A DNA stretch of 64,000 nt from Candidatus Bathyarchaeota archaeon (GTDB taxonomy: Archaea > Thermoproteota > Bathyarchaeia > Bathyarchaeales > Bathycorpusculaceae): NCBI GenBank assembly GCA_963772455.1, contig CAVYXJ010000007.1, positions 384,001 through 448,000 of the forward strand. Direction: 5' to 3'. Of this stretch, positions 48,624 through 58,613 are shown piece after piece. The notes beneath the pieces were generated by a model that had not been told where the DNA came from, did no database searches, and was given only the letters and a program-made list of their open reading frames with translations. The position numbers were made by a program, and so were the translations under genes. Within the stretch, counting starts at the first letter, position 1. Each line of letters starts with the position of its first letter.

Positions 48624-49679
48624 CTAGAAAAGCGCATAGGGGAAGCCTTGGTTGTTTTGATAGAGTTTACCTTTTATGGGGATTTGATGTCCGCATACTG
48701 GGCATTTCATATCGTTGGTTAATTTCCATTCGGTTATGTCGAAGCTGTTGCGTTTGATTACTGCTGTATCGCAATTCGGGCAATATGTGTTCTCTGCAGC
48801 GTGACCAGGCACGTTCCCGATATAAACATAGTTTAACCCTTGGTTTTTAGCAGTCAGGTATGCTTGCTCCATATCCTTCACACCAGTAGCAGAAACAGTA
48901 GTCATCTTATACTCAGGATGAAAACGAAGCAAATGAAAAGGCGTGTCTGCTCCAAGATAAGTTTTGATCCATTTAGCCATTTCACGGATTCTATCCAAAG
49001 AGTCTCCTATTTTTGGAACAACTAGATTGGTGAGTTCTAAGTGGACTCCAGCGAGTTTTAGTTCTTTCAGGGTTTCGTAGATTGGTTCCACACTTGGCAC
49101 AGACATGACAGATTTGTAAAAATCGGGGTCGCCTCCACCCTTAAAATCAATAGTTGCTGCATCTAAATACGGCGCAATTGTCTTCACTGCTTCAGGAGTC
49201 ATGTAACCATTGCTGACAAACGTGTTAAACAAACCTGCTTCATGCGCCAGTTTAGCGCTGTCATAGGCATATTCCATAAAGATTGTTGGTTCAGTGTAAG
49301 TGTAACTGATTCCTTGGCACCCAGCATTCTGCGCCGACTTGACAACTTCTTCAGGTGGAAATGGGTTGCCGGCAACTTCATGATCTTGGCTTATCATCCA
49401 ATTATCGCAGAATTGGCAACGAAAATTGCAACCCGCCGCAGCAACCGACATCACCAACGCGCCGGGATTGAAGTGCGAGAGCGGTTTTTTGCTAATCGGG
49501 TCAACTCCTACGGATACGGCTTTTCCATAGTTGAGGGCGTAAAGGGTACCACCTTGGTTTTTTCGAACCATACAAAACCCAGTTGAATCATCACTGATTA
49601 AGCAACGCCGCGCACAAAGGCAACATTTTACTTTGCCTTCACTTTGGCGTTCATAGAGCATCGCTTCATGAAAAGACAT
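48624..49679 (-). CDS. amrS: AmmeMemoRadiSam system radical SAM enzyme
   Basis: VDPISKKPL.HF.PG, GCNFRCQFCDNW, YTYTEP, YVYIGNV, TYCPNC. Confidence 0.88.
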   Translation of the reverse strand: MSFHEAMLYERQSEGKVKCCLCARRCLISDDSTGFCMVRKNQGGTLYALNYGKAVSVGVDPISKKPLSHFNPGALVMSVAAAGCNFRCQFCDNWMISQDHEVAGNPFPPEEVVKSAQNAGCQGISYTYTEPTIFMEYAYDSAKLAHEAGLFNTFVSNGYMTPEAVKTIAPYLDAATIDFKGGGDPDFYKSVMSVPSVEPIYETLKELKLAGVHLELTNLVVPKIGDSLDRIREMAKWIKTYLGADTPFHLLRFHPEYKMTTVSATGVKDMEQAYLTAKNQGLNYVYIGNVPGHAAENTYCPNCDTAVIKRNSFDITEWKLTNDMKCPVCGHQIPIKGKLYQNNQGFPYALF

Positions 49680-49801
49680 AACAAACCACAAAACAATAGA
49701 GAATTTTGCCCTTAAAAGCATTAACTACAAAAACTTGCCACAATTGACAGAGAAAAATAATTAAAAGTTATGGATGCGCTTCTCTAAAAAGGAAAATTAA
49801 A

Positions 49802-50149
49802 TTATGGTTTTTTAGTTTGCAGCAGTGTATTGTGGAAGCAACTGTATTCGCCTGTGTGACATGCTGGACCTGTTTGTTCAACTATGTAGAGCAGTGAGTC
49901 ATAGTCGCAGTCAGTTAAGACTGACACGATTTTTTGAGTGTTTCCTGACGTTTCTCCTTTAATCCAAAGTTCGTTTCGGCTGCGGCTCCAATAAGTGCCC
50001 TTGCCCGTTTTGAGTGTGTGCTCGACGGCTTCACGGTTCGCAAAAGCTTGCATTATCACTTCTTTGGTTTTCGCGTCTTGCACTATGACAGGTATTAGTC
50101 CGTTGCCTTTCTTGAAGTCAAGTTTTTCTAACAATTCTTTTGTTGTCAT
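49802..50149 (-). CDS. hisI: Phosphoribosyl-AMP cyclohydrolase
   Basis: YWSRSR.ELW.KGETSG, DCDYD, ACHTG..SCF. Confidence 0.95.
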   Translation of the reverse strand: MTTKELLEKLDFKKGNGLIPVIVQDAKTKEVIMQAFANREAVEHTLKTGKGTYWSRSRNELWIKGETSGNTQKIVSVLTDCDYDSLLYIVEQTGPACHTGEYSCFHNTLLQTKKP

Positions 50150-50949
50150 TGTCTAATTGTCACTCCCATCTTTCGCAGATAATCTTTCACAACTGGAACT
50201 GGATAATTCTTATAGTGAAAAATTGAAGCCGCCAAAGCCGCATCGGCTTTTCCTTGGGTTAAAACGTCAAAGAGGTGTCTGGGTTCTCCTGCACCGCCAC
50301 TAGCGATTATCGGAACATTGACACGTTCGGATATGGCGCGGGTCAATTCTATGTCGTAGCCATCTTTAGTGCCATCCTTATCCATCGAAGTCACAAGAAA
50401 CTCGCCTGCTCCAAGAATCTCCGCTTGCTTTACCCATTCTAAAGCGTCAATACCTGTCGGCTTGCGCCCTCCATAAGTTACAACTTCAAACCACAATTTG
50501 CCCTCATCAGTGTCAACCACGATTTTTTCTTCACTTATTGTGTGGTTTCTCCTGGCATCAATAGCACATACGACACATTGCCTACCAAAAACGTCGGCAA
50601 GTTCAGTTATCACTTTTGGATTTTCCACTGCCGCTGTGTTAACCGATACTTTATCAGCTCCACTACACAAAACAAGCCTTGCATCCGACACATTACGAAC
50701 CCCCCCTCCGACAGTAAAGGGAATACTGATTGCTTTGGCGACACCTTCAACGACACCTCGCAGAATATCTCGCTTCTCCGATGACGCGGTTATATCTAGG
50801 AAAACCAACTCGTCAGCGCCATCGTCGGAATATCGCTTAGCCATTTCTACTGGATCTCCGGCTTGCTTTGGATTAAGAAAGTTTATGCACTTAACCACTT
50901 TACCATGGTCAACATCTAAACATGGAATGATACGTTTTGCTAGAGGCAT
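50146..50949 (-). CDS. hisF: Imidazole glycerol phosphate synthase, cyclase subunit
   Basis: [35 protein letters not shown]. Confidence 0.96.
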   Translation of the reverse strand: MPLAKRIIPCLDVDHGKVVKCINFLNPKQAGDPVEMAKRYSDDGADELVFLDITASSEKRDILRGVVEGVAKAISIPFTVGGGVRNVSDARLVLCSGADKVSVNTAAVENPKVITELADVFGRQCVVCAIDARRNHTISEEKIVVDTDEGKLWFEVVTYGGRKPTGIDALEWVKQAEILGAGEFLVTSMDKDGTKDGYDIELTRAISERVNVPIIASGGAGEPRHLFDVLTQGKADAALAASIFHYKNYPVPVVKDYLRKMGVTIRQ

Positions 50950-50951
50950 CT

Positions 50952-51677
50952 TTAGGCTCCTATTTTTTGTAAGGCTTCTTTTAGGGTGAAACGCTTCTCA
51001 TAAAGGGCTTTGCCGATAACTGCGCCTTCAACGCCGATTTCTTTGAGTGCTGCCAAATCGCCTATGTTGCCGATTCCTCCTGCCGCCACGATTTTGGCGT
51101 TTGGGTATAAGGTAGCTTGGCTGAGCGTCGTCAGATCTGGACCATTAAGCATGCCATCTTGGGCAATGGAAGTTATCAAGAATCGTCGAACACCAAGACC
51201 AGTGTACTTTTCAAGTGCATCTTCCACTGTCATGGCGGTCGCGGTTTTCCATCCTTCAACCATAACGAGCCCATCCTTATTGTCAAGGGCAACGATGACG
51301 GATTCTGAGCCGAATTTTTTCTGGATTTTGCCAATTGCAGAGGGGTCGCTGAACGCTAAAGCTCCAAGGATGACTTGGGTGATGCCGGTTTCGAAGAGCT
51401 TTTCTGCGGTTTCGTAACTACGTATTCCACCACCGACTTGAATGGTCATCTTAACGTCTTTCGCAATCTCAGCAATGACTGAGTGGTTGTTACCAAGCGC
51501 AAAAGCTGCATCCAAATCGATAATATGCAACTTACTTGCGCCTTCACCTCGCCAACGCTTCGCAGCTTCAACTGGGGTGCCGAATTCGATTTCATAAATT
51601 TTGGCGGTTTTCGCTTCGCCGCGGGTTAACCGCACAATTTTGCCATTCATTAAATCTATTGCCGGAATCAATTGCAT
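50952..51677 (-). CDS. hisA: ProFAR isomerase
   Basis: IPAIDL..GKIVRL, HIIDLD, QVGGGIR, DGMLNG. Confidence 0.95.
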   Translation of the reverse strand: MQLIPAIDLMNGKIVRLTRGEAKTAKIYEIEFGTPVEAAKRWRGEGASKLHIIDLDAAFALGNNHSVIAEIAKDVKMTIQVGGGIRSYETAEKLFETGITQVILGALAFSDPSAIGKIQKKFGSESVIVALDNKDGLVMVEGWKTATAMTVEDALEKYTGLGVRRFLITSIAQDGMLNGPDLTTLSQATLYPNAKIVAAGGIGNIGDLAALKEIGVEGAVIGKALYEKRFTLKEALQKIGA

Positions 51678-51682
51678 AATAA

Positions 51683-52288
51683 TCACTTAATTACAGTTTT
51701 TACAAAGTTTTTTAGGATTTTTAAGCCGATTTCCCCTGATTTTTCAGGGTGAAACTGGGTGCCGTAAATGTTTTTGCTGGCTATCGCTGAAGTGAAGGTT
51801 GTTCCATACTCGGTTGTGGTGCAAACTATCTTTTTGTCTTTGGGTACTGGATAGAGCGAGTGCACGAAGTAAACGTAGGTCCCTTCCGCTATGCCATCGA
51901 AGAGTTCGTCTGACTTTACGATGTTAAGGGTGTTCCAGCCCATATGTGGTACCTTCACGGTGTGGGGCAACTGTATATTTTTTCCCTTGAATAATGCTAA
52001 GCCATCTCCAGGACCTTCCTCGCTTTTCTCGAAGAAAAGCTGCAATCCCAAACAGATACCAAGGAGCGGAGTTCCATCTTTGATTTTAGATTGAAGGATT
52101 TCCCTAACTGCATCGAGCTTTGAAGAGGCTGCGGTGAAGCTTCCAACACCTGGCAACGCGATTGCATCGGCTTTCGCCAAGTCATGCGCTGTAGTGCCAA
52201 TAGATGCAGTTAACCCGGCTTTTTCCAATGCAGTCTTTAGGCTGAGAAGATTGCCAACGCCGTAATCAAAAATCACTGCTTGAGGCAT
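51683..52288 (-). CDS. hisH: IGP synthase glutaminase subunit
   Basis: DYGVGNL, LPGVG, GICLGLQ, PHMGWN, QFHPEKS. Confidence 0.96.
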   Translation of the reverse strand: MPQAVIFDYGVGNLLSLKTALEKAGLTASIGTTAHDLAKADAIALPGVGSFTAASSKLDAVREILQSKIKDGTPLLGICLGLQLFFEKSEEGPGDGLALFKGKNIQLPHTVKVPHMGWNTLNIVKSDELFDGIAEGTYVYFVHSLYPVPKDKKIVCTTTEYGTTFTSAIASKNIYGTQFHPEKSGEIGLKILKNFVKTVIK

Positions 52289-52864
52289 TAGATGACTCCT
52301 TTGGAGCTGGGCACTCCTTTACGTCTTGGATCTATAGCTATGGCTTGTCGTAACGATAAAGCGAGTGCTTTAGTGGCTGCTTCTGCTTTGTGGTGATCGT
52401 TGCTACCGTACTCAACAAAAATGTGAACATTTGCCTGTAGTGCAGTGGCTAAGGATTCAAAGAAGTGGTTGATATCTTCGGTTGGCATATCCTCTACTTT
52501 TTTGCCGCGGAGTTTGAGATCGATTTTGAAGTAGGTCCGTTTAACGAGGTCAACGGCTGCAAATGCAAGTGAGCAATCCATGGGAGCAGCTGCATTGCCA
52601 AAACGTGTAATACTTTCTCGAGTACCCAACGCCTTGTTTAATGCTTCTCCTAAGCCTAATGGCGAGGTCTTCGACGCAATGATGCACCAAATCACCCTTC
52701 ACCGATGCGGTTATGTCGATTAAGCTGTGGGTTGCAAGTGAGGTGAGCATGTGGTCAAGAAATGGCACAGCAGTGTTTACTGATGCTTTTCCTTCGCCGT
52801 CAAGGTTCACAATAACTTTAACTTCGGTTTCTTTAGTTTTACGATAAATCTCTTCTGTCCTCAT
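52288..52864 (-). CDS. hisB: Imidazoleglycerol-phosphate dehydratase, apparent +1 frameshift near 52657
   Basis: RKTKET, FLDHML, HHCVED; PMD, NDHHKAEA, PSSKG. Confidence 0.92.
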
Positions 52865-53986
52865 TCGTCTGCCTCTTCAATCTCTTTTAATGCTTCAACT
52901 AATTTAGCGTTCATTTCTGGCAAACCTACAGTAACACGGAAACAGTTTTCGTAATGGAGGATTTTGCCCCATTTTTTAACCATTATTCCTTTCCAAAGCA
53001 GTTTCTGGTTTACTAACTCGATGGGTTTTTGCGTGTGCATCAACACGAAGTTGGCTTGCGAATCGAATGCTTGAACGCCTTCAATGTCGTTTAGTGCCTT
53101 TAACAGTTTTTTCCGTTCGCATTTGACTTGCTTTACTGATTCCAGCATCATGTCAACGTTGTCCAGCATTTTAGCAGCCCATTCTTAGCGTGAACCCACT
53201 CACTGGATATGGCAAAGGAGCCTTTTCGGCTAATATCTTGGCTAATTCGAGATTTGCAATAGCATAACCAAGACGAAGCGCTGCCAACCCAAATGCTTTG
53301 GAGAAGGTTCGCAAAATAATCATGTTCTCAAACTCCCGTATCCTTGGCACAAACGAGTAATCAGCGAATTCACCGTATGCCTCATCTAAGAGCACTATTC
53401 CCGGGAACGCTTTAACCAATTTTTCTATATCTTCTGCTTTGTACTGTGTTCCGGTGGGGCTGTTAGGTGAACAAATGTAAAGCAATCTTGTTTTGTCTGA
53501 AAACTTGGAAATCATTCCCTTGACGTCAAGTTGCAGGTTTTTTTGAAGCGATACTGCAACATATTCGCCTTCTTGACGTTTAACACAGAGCCTTGGAATA
53601 GAGAATGTCGGTGCGAACGAAACTGCAATGTCGCCTTTCTCGACGAAGAGTCTTATTATGCGATCGATTAACTCGTCGCTTGCATTGCCTACAACCAGAA
53701 AATCTTTTGAAACTTTAAGGTAGCCAGCAATTTTTTCACGCAGCTTAGCTTCCTCATCTTCAGGGTACATCCGCAAATCAATCTCATCAGCCAAATCTTT
53801 CATAAGTTTAGCCTGCTTCACACGAGGCATGAACAGGTTCTCGTTAAAGTCCAACTTAATAATCTGCTTTGTCGTAACGCCTAACTGCTTCGCAACTGTT
53901 TCAGGTGTTGCACCAGCAGAGTAGCAGTCTATTGCCTGAAGTTTTTCCATTTTTTGTTTTATCCATTTTTGATAAGATTCACTCAT
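52861..53986 (-). CDS. hisC: Histidinol-phosphate aminotransferase, apparent +1 frameshift near 53179
   Basis: KLDFNEN, DEAYGEF, RTFSKAFGLAALRLGY; SQANFV, RVTVG in 3' ORF. Confidence 0.92.
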
Positions 53987-55284
53987 TTTTCAAACCTTGC
54001 CTTTATTGCTTTATAGTGGTTCGGAAGATTTTCTGCTTCTGTCATTACCTTGATACTATCTTTCACTCGCTCTAGCCCCACTTTAGTGCTTTCAACTATG
54101 CTTACACGCCGCATGAAATCAAATGCGGATAAACCTGAGAACGACAGGGCAAAACCGCCTGTGGGCAAAACGTGGTTGGTTCCGCTTCCATAGTCGCTTA
54201 AGGCAACAGGGCTGTAAGGACCTAAGAGTATTAAACCCGCGATCAATTTTCTAGCCAATTCTTTAGCGTTAGCGGTTAAGACCTCTAAATGCTCCGCGGC
54301 AAACTTATTAACTAAACCTACTGCCTCATCCATACTGCTGCATACTATTATGAAGCCATACTTGGATAGTGACTCTGAGACTTTTTCACTTCTTTCAACT
54401 GAAACTGCAAGCTTTGAGATGTAATCTTGAACTTGCAAAGCAACCTTCTCTGATGTCGTTATGAGCCCAGCAACGCTGTCGCCTCCATGCTCAGCCTGCG
54501 AAATCATGTCAAACGCAATTAACCTCGCGTCAGCAGACTCATCCGCCAGAATGAGAACTTCACTTGGGCCAGCAGGCATATCAATCGCAACATCGGTGGA
54601 AACCAAAACTTTGGCTGCTGTAACGTACTTGCTTCCTGGACCAACAATTTTGCGTACAGGTTCTATTGTTTTTGTTCCATAAGCTAATGCCGCTATGGCT
54701 TGGGCTCCACCTACTCTGTAAACTTCATCAACTCCACAAATGTCGGCTGCGACAAGCACAAGAGGGTTTACTTTTCCTTTGACATCTGAAGGTGAACAAA
54801 CAACTATTCTTTGGACACCTGCAACTTTAGCTGGAACCGCAGTCATGACAAGAGTGCTTGGGTAAGCGGCTTGTCCGCCTGGAACGTAGCAACCTACGCT
54901 TTCAATTGGAAGCAGAACTGTTTGAATTGAAATACCGTCGCCTGTAGTTTTGATTTCGGTTTGAGTGAGAAGTTGCTTTTGGTAAGCGTTAACTTTTTCT
55001 TTCATGAATCTAATGGCAAAGACTTGGTCAGGTGCAGCCTTATTGTAGGCTTCCTTGATTTCCCCCGGTTTAACTCTTAAAGCTCGAAAGTTAAGTTCTG
55101 CTTTGTCAAATTTCATTGCAAGCTCAACTAACCCAGTATCGCCATCTACCTTAACCTGGTTTATGATGGCTTTAACGCTGCATTCGACTTCTTGAGTTGC
55201 TTTTTCATCTGCCTTTTGTCGTTTGAACCAGTCGACAGGTAACTCTTTTGAATTCCAGACTTTTATGCTGAACCCTTCGAGCAT
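53983..55284 (-). CDS. hisD: Histidinol dehydrogenase
   Basis: YVPGG.AAYPS, GGAQAIAALAYG, IDMPAGPSE, QAEH, GTNHVLPT. Confidence 0.96.
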   Translation of the reverse strand: MLEGFSIKVWNSKELPVDWFKRQKADEKATQEVECSVKAIINQVKVDGDTGLVELAMKFDKAELNFRALRVKPGEIKEAYNKAAPDQVFAIRFMKEKVNAYQKQLLTQTEIKTTGDGISIQTVLLPIESVGCYVPGGQAAYPSTLVMTAVPAKVAGVQRIVVCSPSDVKGKVNPLVLVAADICGVDEVYRVGGAQAIAALAYGTKTIEPVRKIVGPGSKYVTAAKVLVSTDVAIDMPAGPSEVLILADESADARLIAFDMISQAEHGGDSVAGLITTSEKVALQVQDYISKLAVSVERSEKVSESLSKYGFIIVCSSMDEAVGLVNKFAAEHLEVLTANAKELARKLIAGLILLGPYSPVALSDYGSGTNHVLPTGGFALSFSGLSAFDFMRRVSIVESTKVGLERVKDSIKVMTEAENLPNHYKAIKARFEK

Positions 55285-56264
55285 ACTCCTTCGTTTCTCC
55301 GGGCAATCTCATCCAAAGCCAACACCTGCCTTGGTTCGTAGACAACTAGACCTTGAGCGAGTTTCCGAATTGTTGGAAGCAACTCAATTAGACAGTCTTT
55401 TTCGATTACTGTATTAACACTGACCCACGTGTCATCTGCTAAAGGCGATATCGTCGGGTTCTTTAAGGCAGGCAACTCAGTAAGCAACCGCTCCAAGTTA
55501 GCTTTTTTAACATTGACAAAAATATGGATTCTTTTTGAGCCATCAACAACTCCTTTGAGCAATGCGACTATGTCGTAGATTTTCTCGCGTTTCTCAGGGT
55601 CTTCTAAGCTTTTTTTGTTAGCAATAAGTACGGCAGAAGACTTTAAAACAGTCTCTAATATCCGCAAGTTGTTAGCTTCAATAGTGCTGCCTGTTTCAGT
55701 TACATCCATTATGCAATCGGAGTCCTCTGGCGGCTTAGCTTCAGTCGCGCCAAACGATAAGAAAATCTTTGCTCTTTCATTATCGCCTTTCTTCCACCAT
55801 GGAGTTACAATTATTGGGTCGGAGTTACCAAACCGTTTCTTGTATTGAGATGTGTTCTTTAGATATTCGGAGGCAATATTGAGGTATTCAGTGCTGATAC
55901 GGAAGTTTTTGCCCTGACTCCATATCGACTCCATAAATTCGCCTACAGTGCTCTTTTCGGGAACACTCTTTGGAACAGCTATGACGAGTTTAATTTTCCC
56001 ATATTCAAGGTTCTGGAGAATTTCAACGTCCGCTTTGTTTTCCTTAACCCAATCTTCACCTGTAATACCAAGGTCTTGCAAACCTTCGTTAACAAAGACC
56101 GGGATCTCTTGGGGCCTTAGAACTTTCATTTCAATCTGAGGGTCATTTATACTAGGACGATATGTTCGTTCTGTTCCGCCAATTTTGAACCCTGATTTAG
56201 AGAAGAATTCTGCAGTTGCTTTTTCTAGAGAACCTTTTGGGATTGCAAATTTTATTTTATCCAT
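55263..56264 (-). CDS. hisG: ATP phosphoribosyltransferase, long form
   Basis: AIPKGSL, RPQEIP, GATEA, DVTETGSTIEANNL, PTISPL regulatory domain. Confidence 0.95.
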   Translation of the reverse strand: MDKIKFAIPKGSLEKATAEFFSKSGFKIGGTERTYRPSINDPQIEMKVLRPQEIPVFVNEGLQDLGITGEDWVKENKADVEILQNLEYGKIKLVIAVPKSVPEKSTVGEFMESIWSQGKNFRISTEYLNIASEYLKNTSQYKKRFGNSDPIIVTPWWKKGDNERAKIFLSFGATEAKPPEDSDCIMDVTETGSTIEANNLRILETVLKSSAVLIANKKSLEDPEKREKIYDIVALLKGVVDGSKRIHIFVNVKKANLERLLTELPALKNPTISPLADDTWVSVNTVIEKDCLIELLPTIRKLAQGLVVYEPRQVLALDEIARRNEGVCSKGSA

Positions 56265-56518
56265 AATTTTCCACCTAAATTTTTAGAGAAACTTCTGAGG
56301 GTTTCTTGTTTTGTTAAAATGGTTGTTTGACGAGATGCGCCTGATTCTAAATAACTAAACGTTTCACTACTTATGCGATTCTTGCATTTACTCGCAATGA
56401 AGACAATCGCCCTGTATGAACGCAATCCCTCATCATATACCACTGAAAGACACCTGAACGCCTGTCTTCCTAATAAATCTGTTTCCCAATATTTAACTGT
56501 CGGACAATCTCAAATCGA

Positions 56519-57112
56519 CTAACTTGAACGCGGCTTAATCTCAAAAACCAACGGTGCTACTGAATTCCGCGTTTCCAACTCTACACCCAGAAGTCCTTCC
56601 AAAATGCCCTTCCAAATTTCACTATCGTGAATAAAGGGTCTTTTCAAAAGTAAAAACTTGTCTTTTAGAAAGAAGTCACCGAATCCCTGTACTTTTAACC
56701 TATTGAAGATTTCTTCCCAATTCTCTGGTTTGCTCGCATCAACTCCCAATGTTGATTGTATAGAAACTTTTAAGGCATCACCCATTTTTTCTCCTACTGA
56801 AGGCCATTTTTCTTTGGGAATATGTTGGGTTAAAATGTTGAGTAATTCGACATTAACAAATGCGGTTCGACTTATTCCACAATAGTATTCACCTGGGAAA
56901 CGCCAATCGTAAATCATCATGCTCTTGTAAATGTCAAGCATCTTTGATATAAGCGGCTTAATTCCAGCTTCTTTACCTTCTTTGATTAATGACTCAATAA
57001 ATTCTCGTTCGCCCTTTTCTAAAATAATTGTTGTTCGTTTTGCTTCTTCACTCTTCTCTTTAGGCGCCTCAGAGCTATTTCGCTTAGTACCAAGCATAGA
57101 AACTATTCTCAT
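56519..57112 (-). CDS. Hypothetical protein, possible RHH + V4R-like regulator
   Basis: KRTTIILEK strand-helix start; VGEKMG...GFGDF...GILEGLLG pattern. Confidence 0.5.
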   Translation of the reverse strand: MRIVSMLGTKRNSSEAPKEKSEEAKRTTIILEKGEREFIESLIKEGKEAGIKPLISKMLDIYKSMMIYDWRFPGEYYCGISRTAFVNVELLNILTQHIPKEKWPSVGEKMGDALKVSIQSTLGVDASKPENWEEIFNRLKVQGFGDFFLKDKFLLLKRPFIHDSEIWKGILEGLLGVELETRNSVAPLVFEIKPRSS

Positions 57113-57219
57113 AGAAATATCTAATATGCCTTATGTATTCAGCAAGCATATTCAAAATCAATGTTTTTCGTAAAAAAAATCAAAGAATCTTAATAAAATA
57201 GATTCTGACTCTAAGGTGC

Positions 57220-57276
57220 TGCCGATGAAGAACCTAAACCGCTGATTTGATGATGCACCCTAGGGTATCTGAGGCA
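57220..57276 (+). ncRNA. C/D-box guide sRNA
   Basis: TGCC stem, C box ATGAAGA, D' CTGA, C' TGATGA, D CTGA, GGCA stem; TTAATAAA ~25 nt upstream. Confidence 0.75.
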
Positions 57277-57280
57277 AAAT

Positions 57281-57514
57281 TTACTCAATCACTTTCTTTC
57301 TATAAAGGTAAACTAACAATACTAATCCAAAAATGAACAGCAAAGCGCCAACAACAATAGAAGCAATGTAATCTACCTTAAGAATATCTGATAACAAGTA
57401 CGGAATATAAGTTGGACCGACAAATATCAAGACCCCCGCAACAATTATTAATAGTACTTTCATATATTTCGAGTCTAAACCGCTAACTTGTACATTTTCA
57501 CTATTTTCTGTCAT
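57281..57514 (-). CDS. Small 2-TM membrane protein
   Basis: Two hydrophobic helices around FVGPTY. Confidence 0.65.
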   Translation of the reverse strand: MTENSENVQVSGLDSKYMKVLLIIVAGVLIFVGPTYIPYLLSDILKVDYIASIVVGALLFIFGLVLLVYLYRKKVIE

Positions 57515-57529
57515 GCAACGCCCAACCTC

Positions 57530-58198
57530 TCACTCTTCAGGTGCATTTGTTTCTACTAATCCTTCTTTTATCTCTTTTCCTAACGACTTCATTAAAAACT
57601 TGAAAACCAAGAATCCGGCACCTTTGTCTGCCTTAAAACCCATAGTTGTACCCAGTAAACCAACGCCGTCAATTTTTCTCTCCTTAGCTAACGCAAGCGT
57701 CAACCCTGTCCCTCCGACAATTCTACCTTTACTGTAAATTACTGCACCTTTCTCCATAAATTCAGTTGCTAATCGGGAAGATGTTGCAGCAACGTAAACC
57801 TGAGTTTTATCCTCAGCTATTGGAACCCCACCCATAGTTACAATGAAGTGACAACCTATCGTTTCAACAAAATCAAGTACTGAATCACAAACATCATAAT
57901 GTGCTACTACATCATCAAATGAAGGTTGAATTTCACCTGTCATTATAACTAGATTGTTTTTCTCCATAGGAGCGTAATAGAACTCATAGTGAGGTAGTTG
58001 ACAGATGCCTTTTGTGTCAATAGAAACGTAATCTGGAAAAGAAGGAGAATACATTTCTGCAAAAAGTTTCGCATCAAAGAACTTTATGAGCAGATGTGCT
58101 GCAATCCTACCTACGTTTCCGAATCCTGGAAGACCCTGAACAAAAATTGGATTTTCAAGAGTTGGATTCGACAGTTTACGCAAATAAGGCTTATCCAA
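57530..58198 (-). CDS. PAC2-family proteasome assembly chaperone
   Basis: GLPGFGNVG, YSPSFP, GEIQP, TMGG, IVGGTG, LLGTT. Confidence 0.88.
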   Translation of the reverse strand: MDKPYLRKLSNPTLENPIFVQGLPGFGNVGRIAAHLLIKFFDAKLFAEMYSPSFPDYVSIDTKGICQLPHYEFYYAPMEKNNLVIMTGEIQPSFDDVVAHYDVCDSVLDFVETIGCHFIVTMGGVPIAEDKTQVYVAATSSRLATEFMEKGAVIYSKGRIVGGTGLTLALAKERKIDGVGLLGTTMGFKADKGAGFLVFKFLMKSLGKEIKEGLVETNAPEE

Positions 58199-58329
58199 AG
58201 CAAATCATCCGTCCCATAGAAAGAATGTTCCACACTAAAATCCTTTTGCTGGAGAAACGAAAAAGAAACTATTAATATTTGACATCTTAAGTTATAGTTA
58301 CTTCACCCAAAATAATATCGCAAATATGT

Positions 58330-58408
58330 AGCGGGGTGGGGTAGCCAGGATTAACCCGCTGGGCTCATAACCCAGAGATCACTAGTTCAAATCTAGTCCC
58401 CGCTACCA
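58330..58408 (+). tRNA. Initiator tRNA-Met(CAT)
   Basis: A1-U72 pair, CTGGG-CTCATAA-CCCAG arm with three G-C pairs, encoded CCA. Confidence 0.95.
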
Positions 58409-58613
58409 ACAAATAACAAAATTTTTTGATTAATCTAAAATATTCTTCTTCAAGTTCATAAACAACAATTTTGATTCAATTAGTAAATTTTAATCAACCA
58501 AATCTTTTCAATAATTTCATGCTTGAGTAAAACTCAAAAAAAATATGCCGTTTACTGTAAAAGTAAATAAATAAGTTGACATTACATAACAGAAACTTCG
58601 TTTGGTGTATTCA

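Noticed and set aside
56252-56443. 63-aa ORF as a his leader peptide
   Set aside because: Contains no His codons
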